Under the pieces are notes generated by a model. It had not been told where the DNA came from and made no database searches. It saw only the letters and a list, made by a program, of their open reading frames with translations. DNA of 64,000 bases, from positions 12,337 to 76,336 of IMG/VR virus record IMGVR_UViG_3300012665_000509; one strand, given 5' to 3'. Origin of the DNA: a virus. Taxonomy: Duplodnaviria > Caudoviricetes. The translations under genes were made by a program, and so were the position numbers. Below, one piece after another: positions 57,402-64,000 of this stretch. Numbering within the stretch: the first letter of the stretch is position 1; each line of letters starts with the position of its first letter.

Positions 57402-57995
57402 ATGAAATCATTTAAAGAATACTTATTAGAGAGCAAACAAACATACGATTTTAAAATTAAAATCGCCGGTGATTGCCCTGACGATTGCGTTGCTAAAATT
57501 AAAGAAGCTTTATCTTCATGCAAGGTAGAATCTTGCTCACAAGGTAAACGTACTCCTATTACGGAAAAACAAATTGATTTTCCACAATTAGAAAATGTTG
57601 GAGTTACAGTTTTTGAAGTAACACTAGGATACCCAACTACTTCTGTTCAAGTTAGAGAAGCAGTTTCTAATAAATTAAACATTGTTCCAGCAAACATTCG
57701 TGTACGCAACGATCAGGAAGAAGAAGAACTTGCTCTGAATCACGAGCATGACGAAGCAACTGGCGAAGCATTACTAGAAAAAGACCTTGAAGAAGTTGAC
57801 GGACAAAAGTTAGTGGGTCAAAAGCACACTATGAGTTTGTTAAAAGAACTAGGCAAGAACAAAACAACCGGTACACAATATAAAGGTACTAACGATAAAT
57901 TACTAGCTAAGAAAGCGCCAAGTGAAAAGCCAGCTAAAGCTGAAAAACACACTCCGTCTGCTAGTCCAATTAGCGGAAGAGCAAAAGGAAAATAA
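57402..57995 (+). CDS. Probable internal head protein
   Basis: N-terminus MKSFKEYLLES resembles T4 capsid-targeting sequences; TAAATA at 57378. Confidence 0.5.
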   Translation: MKSFKEYLLESKQTYDFKIKIAGDCPDDCVAKIKEALSSCKVESCSQGKRTPITEKQIDFPQLENVGVTVFEVTLGYPTTSVQVREAVSNKLNIVPANIRVRNDQEEEELALNHEHDEATGEALLEKDLEEVDGQKLVGQKHTMSLLKELGKNKTTGTQYKGTNDKLLAKKAPSEKPAKAEKHTPSASPISGRAKGK

Positions 57996-57996
57996 T

Positions 57997-58524
57997 ATGA
58001 ACTTTCAAGATTTATTCAATAAAATTAAAGCAATTGACGAAGGTACTATGGTAGCTCCGGCTCCTGCCTTAGCAGTAGCATCAGGTGATGAAGTACTTAC
58101 TGGCGAATGCGGCGGCGACATGCCTGGCGATATTATGCGTCCACCAACTCCTAAGCAAAGCGATTCTGTAACTATGAACGTTAGCTTAAATGGTAGCGGT
58201 GCTGGCGGCATCCGTGATTTAATGGATGTACTTAAAAATATCCAAGACGGATCAGATCATGATCATGGCTCAATGGGAGGCGAACCTGAAATTGCTCTAG
58301 CGTTTGGCGAAGAGCAAGCTGATGGCGGGTTCCAAAATGCTACTACTCAACCCGACGAGCAGATTTCAGGAGTAGACGCAGTAACAGCTACTGGTAATGA
58401 TTTATCAAGCCATGGTGGCAATGAAGTAGAGAAAGTTAACGGTGGCGGTAACCCGTATAATACTGTACAAGAATCGCTAGTTTCAAGATTACAAGCACAT
58501 TACGCAAGTATTAAAGGCGAGTAA
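57997..58524 (+). CDS. Probable internal head protein (acidic, low complexity)
   Basis: Start moved to the ATG at 57997 after the previous stop; MNFQDLFNKIKAIDEG... and VQES motifs. Confidence 0.5.
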   Translation: MNFQDLFNKIKAIDEGTMVAPAPALAVASGDEVLTGECGGDMPGDIMRPPTPKQSDSVTMNVSLNGSGAGGIRDLMDVLKNIQDGSDHDHGSMGGEPEIALAFGEEQADGGFQNATTQPDEQISGVDAVTATGNDLSSHGGNEVEKVNGGGNPYNTVQESLVSRLQAHYASIKGE

Positions 58525-58542
58525 AGTTTCGTCAGCAGTATC

Positions 58543-58569
58543 AAAAGCACCCTAAGGGGTGCTTTTTTT
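58543..58569 (+). terminator. Rho-independent terminator
   Basis: AAAAGCACCC-TAAG-GGGTGCTTTTTTT. Confidence 0.85.
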
Positions 58570-58583
58570 ATGTAAATAAAGTT

Positions 58584-60179
58584 ATGGCAAAATCACTAGA
58601 AGGCGTCTTAGTAAAAAAGGCGCATACAAAAGAAAAGTACAGTGAAGATCAAATAACGGATCTTTTAAAGTGCTCTGACCCCAAAGAAGGGTACATGTAC
58701 TTTGTACAGAATTTCTTTCACATTCAGCATCCTACTAGGGGTAAGGTTAAGTTTGAACCTTACGAATACCAAAACAGATTACTACACAGTTATCACGATT
58801 ATCGTTTTAACATTAACATGATGCCACGTCAAAGTGGTAAAACTACTTGCGCCGCTGGTTACCTACTATGGTACGCAATGTTTCACCCTGATCAAACCAT
58901 TTTAGTTGCAGCCCACAAATACACTGGTGCCCAAGAAATTATGCAACGTATCCGTTATGGATACGAATTATGTCCTGACTACATCCGAGCAGGCGTTGTT
59001 AACTACAACAAAGGATCAATGGAGTTTGAAAATGGATCAAGAATTGTATCAGCTACTACTACCGGCAACACTGGTCGCGGTATGTCAATATCCCTACTAT
59101 ACTGTGACGAGTTTGCTTTCGTTCAACCAAACATTGCGGAAGAGTTTTGGACTTCTATATCACCAACACTAGCAACTGGTGGTAAGGCAATTATTACTTC
59201 AACGCCTAACAGCGATGAAGATACGTTTGCTACTATCTGGAAAGAGTCAAAGGATAACTTTGACGAGTTTGGCAACGAACGTGCCGACGGACTAGGTCGC
59301 AACGGCTTCCACGGATTTATGGCAGAATGGTTTGAACATCCGGACCGTGACGAACAGTGGAAGAAAAATGAACTAGGGCGTATTGGCGAAGAACGATTCC
59401 GTCGTGAGTACGGATGCGAGTTCTTAGTATTTGACGAAACACTAGTAACCAGTCTTAAATTATCAGAAATGTTAGGCCGGGAGCCTATACTAAAAACAGG
59501 TCAAGTTCGCTGGTTTAAAAAGCCATCAGCAGGCAACTTGTATATTGTAGCATTGGATCCTAGTTTAGGTACAGGCGGAGACTATGCGGGTATTCAAGTG
59601 TTTGAATTACCTAGCTTCGAACAAGTAGCAGAATGGCAACACAACATTACACCTGTACAAGGGCAAGTTAAGATATTCCGTGATGTATTAAAATATATAC
59701 AAGATGAGTGTGGCGCAGACTACAATAATAACTTGTATTGGTCTGTAGAAAATAATACTGTAGGTGAAGCCGCCCTGGTAGTAATTGCTGACCTAGGTGA
59801 AGAAACATTCCCAGGATTATTTGTAAGCGAGCCCGTGAGAAAAGGACATGTACGTAAATTCCGTAAAGGATTTAACACTACATTTAGCAGTAAAATTTCA
59901 GCTTGTAGTAGATTAAAGTTTTTAATTGAAGAAGACAAGATGAAGATTAACAGCAAGATCCTTATCAGCGAGCTTAAAACTTTTATTGCTAGCGGTGTAA
60001 CTTTTAAAGCTAAAACTGGACAACACGACGACTTAGTTTCCGCCTTACTGTTAGTAGTACGCATGAGCGTTATTCTAGCAGATTGGGATCCTAAAGTATT
60101 TGAAAGTTTAAGCGTGAATACACACTTTGAAGAAGATTGGGAAGCTCCGTTACCCATATTTGTTTCCTCTAACATCTGA
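58584..60179 (+). CDS. gp17: Terminase large subunit, T4 gp17 family
   Basis: Walker A PRQSGKTT, Walker B LLYCDEFAF, FRREYGCEF, nuclease ALDPS..GGD and HDDLV. Confidence 0.95.
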   Translation: MAKSLEGVLVKKAHTKEKYSEDQITDLLKCSDPKEGYMYFVQNFFHIQHPTRGKVKFEPYEYQNRLLHSYHDYRFNINMMPRQSGKTTCAAGYLLWYAMFHPDQTILVAAHKYTGAQEIMQRIRYGYELCPDYIRAGVVNYNKGSMEFENGSRIVSATTTGNTGRGMSISLLYCDEFAFVQPNIAEEFWTSISPTLATGGKAIITSTPNSDEDTFATIWKESKDNFDEFGNERADGLGRNGFHGFMAEWFEHPDRDEQWKKNELGRIGEERFRREYGCEFLVFDETLVTSLKLSEMLGREPILKTGQVRWFKKPSAGNLYIVALDPSLGTGGDYAGIQVFELPSFEQVAEWQHNITPVQGQVKIFRDVLKYIQDECGADYNNNLYWSVENNTVGEAALVVIADLGEETFPGLFVSEPVRKGHVRKFRKGFNTTFSSKISACSRLKFLIEEDKMKINSKILISELKTFIASGVTFKAKTGQHDDLVSALLLVVRMSVILADWDPKVFESLSVNTHFEEDWEAPLPIFVSSNI

Positions 60180-60189
60180 TAAATATAAC

Positions 60190-62814
60190 ATGAATGCTAA
60201 TTTAGATAAAATTGCTAAAGATCTGTACGGTAAGATACAGACTCGCTTTGCTGACATTAAAATCGGCGATGAAAACGCCGCTGTATTAAGTAAAAAAGAA
60301 GATATTCCTAAAGCTCGATTTTTTGAATTTGAATATGAAGAAAACGGTGAGCCATTAGGCACTATTGCTATTACACTAGATACAGATGACGGAATTGTTG
60401 TACAAGTCAGCGGTGACTTAGTAAACGATGATAATGATACAACACATCATCAAGCATTTAAATTTATTCGTAGCTTTAGACAGTTTGCTAAAGACCGACT
60501 ATTAAACTTTGATGTACAGAACATTGGCAAAAGCAACTTAGACAAACGAGACTATCAGTTTCAATCGAAACGCAAGGAAGAACCAGTTATGGCCCAAGCT
60601 CCAATTATGGAAAACAAGATGTACGGTAATGCCCGTATGAGTTATCAGGATTTAGGCGAGAACGCTCGTCTAGTTGTTAAACACAGCCAACCTGTTAACT
60701 TAGACATTGCTGCCGGACGTACAATGCACATCGAAAGCATCTACATTGAAAATGCTCAAGGCGAAAGATTTAAATATCCTTTCAAACATCTAAATGGTGC
60801 TCGTGCGTTAGCTGAACATATTAAACACGGTGGCACACCATATGATGCTATCGGCAAGCACATTAGCAGTCTAAGTGAAGAATTATCTAGCTTACGTAAG
60901 TTTAAAGGTTTTGTAGGCCGTCAAGAACAAGTAAGTGAAGCAATGGGCGATGTAACAAATAAAGTTATTGACCGCATTGAACAAATTAAAGAAACTATCC
61001 ACAAGTTACAACGTTCGGCATACTATGAATCATTTGTTGAAAGTTTCCAAGAACAAGAAGAACAAGTTATTCCAGAAGCAGTGGCAAACGACCTAATTAA
61101 TCGTTTAACAGTCCGCACATTTAACGAAGAATTAAAAGCGGTATTCCCGTACATTTATAAGTTTGTTGATGAATCACAACTAGATGTATTAGAAGTAGGT
61201 GTTGATGATTTATTAGCAGAAGGTCCGGATGACGGCGCAATACTTGATCAAGTAAACACATTAAAACAAACAAATCCGCAGTTTGCCGCTGAAGTACAAG
61301 CAAAAGGCTTGTCAATGATTCGCGGCATGGGGCCAGAAGCGGCAAAAAGAAATGCTGAAGTTATTCAACAATTAAAAGTATTAGTACAAAAATATTCAGG
61401 TGCTACACAAGAATCATTTGATCCAGAGTTAGCATTTGAGAACTTTATGAATAACATTATTAGTGAAGACAAAGATGAAATCTTCAGTCCTAATAAAGAC
61501 GCACAACATTCTGCTATTGAAAAATTAAACGACATTCTAGCAAAAGAATTAAAAGGTGGCCCAGAAGGTGTTAATGCGATTAACAGTTTAAAAGGTCTAA
61601 TTGACGATCCTGAGTTTTTAACTTCGTTACGCGATATTGATCCAGACTTAGATGTACGTCCATTAATTCAACAATACATTTTAGCAACTGATCCTAATGT
61701 AGCAACACAAATACATTTTGGTGGTGAAGACGGCGGAGCAAAGGAACAAGAAGCACCACCAGCGGCTCCTGTTGCGGCAGCTCCTGCTCCGGCGCCAGAG
61801 CCTGCTCCAATGCCAGGTCAAGAAGTACAAGCTGCAGCTCCAGAAGCAGGCGCAGTACCTCCAGGACCTGAAGCACCAGCACAACCTGCTCCAGTAGCTG
61901 AAGCTAAAAAAGATAATAACGATAATGATCCACCGTGGCATGTTGATCCTAACGAGAAAAAATCTAAACCAACTACTCCAGGCAAGCACGGACAAGGTTA
62001 CAGCCAAGCACGTCACTTAGCACGTCAAGGATTAGAGTCTGCTCTTAAGAAAGCAAAAGAATCTGGCGCTACGTTAGAAACACAAATGGACTTTGGTAAC
62101 AAAGTTATGTCCATTGCCGAAGTATTAGAGTCGTGTGGAATGGCTCCACAAGATGTTGGATTTGAACCGCAAATTAACGGATTAGAGTCAATGCTAAAGT
62201 ATGTTAGTGGATTTTACAATCGCGATGAAGGTAACTTCCCACTAGGCGGTATGCGTGTTAAGATTAAGGTTAAGAAAGCGTTTGAAGATGGCGAGTTTGG
62301 CCCAGCTCAACCAGATGAACTAATGAAAGTATTAAAGTTCATTGATATGAAAGACCCTAGCGGTGATGAACAGCATAGCGTATTGAGATTAGCAGGTGTT
62401 AACCGTCCAGAACACGAAGTTGACGAAACTGGTGAAATGCCTGTTCCGGACTTTGGTCCAATGATGCAAGGCATTATGGATAAGTTTAAAGGAATGCAAG
62501 GTGCTAATGCTACACATACATCTAGCGGTACAATTAACGGCAAAGATGCTAGTTACGATGATGCTATGTCACAAATAGGCCAGATGAAGTTTAAAATGCC
62601 TAAATTTGGCGATGACGACACTGATGACGGCGAGGTTGATTTTAGCAAGCCCGATGATATGTTTAAACGTCTACAATCAAAAATTGGTACTGGTTTAAAT
62701 GGCGCAATGAATAAATCCCAAGTACCTAATCAAAATATTCAGGTTCCAGGCGGACAATTAAATCCTCAGGAACTAATGCGTAGTATTATGCAGAAAATGA
62801 ATTTTAATAAATAA
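60190..62814 (+). CDS. Large acidic virion (probably internal) protein
   Basis: Start moved to the ATG at 60190, just after TAAATA at 60180; Pro/Ala linker; IMEN, LAEG, ISED, VAEA and LES motifs. Confidence 0.55.
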   Translation: MNANLDKIAKDLYGKIQTRFADIKIGDENAAVLSKKEDIPKARFFEFEYEENGEPLGTIAITLDTDDGIVVQVSGDLVNDDNDTTHHQAFKFIRSFRQFAKDRLLNFDVQNIGKSNLDKRDYQFQSKRKEEPVMAQAPIMENKMYGNARMSYQDLGENARLVVKHSQPVNLDIAAGRTMHIESIYIENAQGERFKYPFKHLNGARALAEHIKHGGTPYDAIGKHISSLSEELSSLRKFKGFVGRQEQVSEAMGDVTNKVIDRIEQIKETIHKLQRSAYYESFVESFQEQEEQVIPEAVANDLINRLTVRTFNEELKAVFPYIYKFVDESQLDVLEVGVDDLLAEGPDDGAILDQVNTLKQTNPQFAAEVQAKGLSMIRGMGPEAAKRNAEVIQQLKVLVQKYSGATQESFDPELAFENFMNNIISEDKDEIFSPNKDAQHSAIEKLNDILAKELKGGPEGVNAINSLKGLIDDPEFLTSLRDIDPDLDVRPLIQQYILATDPNVATQIHFGGEDGGAKEQEAPPAAPVAAAPAPAPEPAPMPGQEVQAAAPEAGAVPPGPEAPAQPAPVAEAKKDNNDNDPPWHVDPNEKKSKPTTPGKHGQGYSQARHLARQGLESALKKAKESGATLETQMDFGNKVMSIAEVLESCGMAPQDVGFEPQINGLESMLKYVSGFYNRDEGNFPLGGMRVKIKVKKAFEDGEFGPAQPDELMKVLKFIDMKDPSGDEQHSVLRLAGVNRPEHEVDETGEMPVPDFGPMMQGIMDKFKGMQGANATHTSSGTINGKDASYDDAMSQIGQMKFKMPKFGDDDTDDGEVDFSKPDDMFKRLQSKIGTGLNGAMNKSQVPNQNIQVPGGQLNPQELMRSIMQKMNFNK

Positions 62815-62831
62815 ATCAAAAGGATCATATT

Positions 62832-63806
62832 ATGACGAACGAATTTAAAGGGCTAAGACACTATATTGATATAGTTGAAGCTAAAGAACAATCAGTTGAC
62901 GAAGCAGGTATTATGAATGCTTTAGGCCAGCTTGGTGGCGCAGTTGGCGGCACTGTAGCAAATGGTGTTAACGCAGTTGGTAACGCAGTTGGCGGAGCAT
63001 ACGATGCCGCTAAACAAGGTGTTACTGGTGCTGTTGATGCGGCAGGTAAAGCTATAGCTGGCGCAGTAGATCCGTTAGTTCAAGGCGCAAAACAAGGTTA
63101 CGCTAATGCTACCGGCACACCAGCTCCAACACAAACAGCGGCAAAACCACAAGCTGGGCAATCAGCTAGTCCGAAGCCTGCGGCTAAGCCAGCGGCTAAA
63201 TCAGATCCAGCTGTATTAAAATTACAACAAGATCTTATTGCCAAGGGTGCTAAGATCAAAGCTGACGGTATTATGGGTCCTGCTACACAAGCGGCCCAAA
63301 AACAATTTGGCGGACAAGCGGCAAGTCCTGCTCCTGCGGCAGCTCCAGTAGCAACTGGCCCAGGTAACGCACCTGCGCCGGCAGCAACAAATGCAGCGTC
63401 ATTGAAAGCGGCACAAGACCAAGCAGCCGGCAATGCTCCAGCGGCTACTAACGCAACTGCTGATACGACTCAAGGCCCTGCTAACTTAGGCACTGCTGGT
63501 ACACAAGCAACTGCTGGTGGATATGCTCCAGCGGCAACTACCCCAGACAATTCGAACGTAGCGTCGGATGACATCCCATTTGATCCTACTTGGGGCGGAA
63601 CTGTAGCACCAAAAGATACTCGATCTACAGCTGAAAAAATATTGCCAAACTTTTTAGGCGGCAAAGCGGCTCCAACCGCAGCCAATAAAAACGCAACTTG
63701 GAATAATGCCCAACAAGCGGCAGTTAGTAACAAACCAGCGGCAGTAGGTGAATCAGCAGGCTACGATGAATTACAACGTATTGTGAGTTTGGTACATCAC
63801 AGATAA
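62832..63806 (+). CDS. Ala/Gly/Pro-rich protein with a peptidoglycan-binding (PG_binding_1-like) domain
   Basis: DPAVLKLQQDLIAKGAKIKADGIMGPATQAAQKQF. Confidence 0.7.
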   Translation: MTNEFKGLRHYIDIVEAKEQSVDEAGIMNALGQLGGAVGGTVANGVNAVGNAVGGAYDAAKQGVTGAVDAAGKAIAGAVDPLVQGAKQGYANATGTPAPTQTAAKPQAGQSASPKPAAKPAAKSDPAVLKLQQDLIAKGAKIKADGIMGPATQAAQKQFGGQAASPAPAAAPVATGPGNAPAPAATNAASLKAAQDQAAGNAPAATNATADTTQGPANLGTAGTQATAGGYAPAATTPDNSNVASDDIPFDPTWGGTVAPKDTRSTAEKILPNFLGGKAAPTAANKNATWNNAQQAAVSNKPAAVGESAGYDELQRIVSLVHHR

Positions 63807-63959
63807 TTGAGTAAACTAGTCACATTTAGAGCAAGATTCTTCTTGCTTTACTAAATAAAAGCGTATACAATAACATGTATGCGCTTTTTGTTTATGTAGA
63901 TCATAAACAGATATTAGGCAATTAAAGCACATAAAAGGCATATTAAAAGGAGAACTATT

Positions 63960-64000
63960 ATGGCAACTTTGGCAGAAATTAGAGCAAAACTTAAGGCATC
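63960..64000 (+). CDS. 5' end of a probable gp32-like single-stranded DNA-binding protein
   Basis: MATLAEIRAKLKA after an AAGGAG RBS. This N-terminus is recalled from gp32-like proteins of related jumbo phages; only 13 codons are visible. Confidence 0.5.
   Translation, partial: MATLAEIRAKLKA

Noticed and set aside
58584-60179. Intein or intron in the terminase (also checked capsid and sheath)
   Set aside because: The terminase is 531 aa with contiguous motifs; no intein splice-junction or LAGLIDADG motifs and no frame breaks were seen.
55-63733. Many 60-180 aa ORFs in the track that lie antisense to or out of frame within long genes (e.g. 55..447, 4119..4478, 10796..11332, 12776..13312, 34560..34955, 59720..60175, 63098..63433)
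   Set aside because: They lie almost wholly inside well-supported genes, lack RBS or promoter signals and recognisable motifs, and are expected shadows of biased codon usage.
1-64000. Stop-codon reassignment as seen in some jumbo phages
   Set aside because: Very long ORFs are intact in the standard code, and TAG and TAA end genes at sensible boundaries.
1-64000. CRISPR arrays, tRNA or rRNA genes
   Set aside because: No regularly spaced direct repeats and no cloverleaf with T-loop/D-loop signatures were seen; intergenic gaps are short and otherwise explained.

Overview
This window is the virion-morphogenesis (late) region of a large T4-superfamily-like myovirus, probably a jumbo phage, read in the standard genetic code. 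In order it holds: the 3' end of a scaffold gene, the major capsid protein, about 42 kb of giant paralogous fibre/baseplate genes with small adaptors, three Cys/Gly-rich adhesin-like genes with two fibre chaperones, an antisense GT9-like / SGNH / carbamoyltransferase cassette, a NUDIX hydrolase, neck and tail-completion genes (gp15/gp14/gp13-like), dNMP kinase, an HNH-like gene, tail sheath and tube, head-completion nuclease, terminase, probable internal head proteins, and the first codons of a probable gp32-like SSB. TAAATA late-promoter cores precede most transcription units. The most striking observation is a helical domain present nine times in three giant virion proteins. It aligns without gaps to phycobiliprotein helices A-B and E and keeps the bilin-attachment Cys-x-Arg-Asp in all nine copies. 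It occurs as intact, circularly permuted and nested (Russian-doll) insertions. All product calls come from motif recognition by eye; no database search was run.
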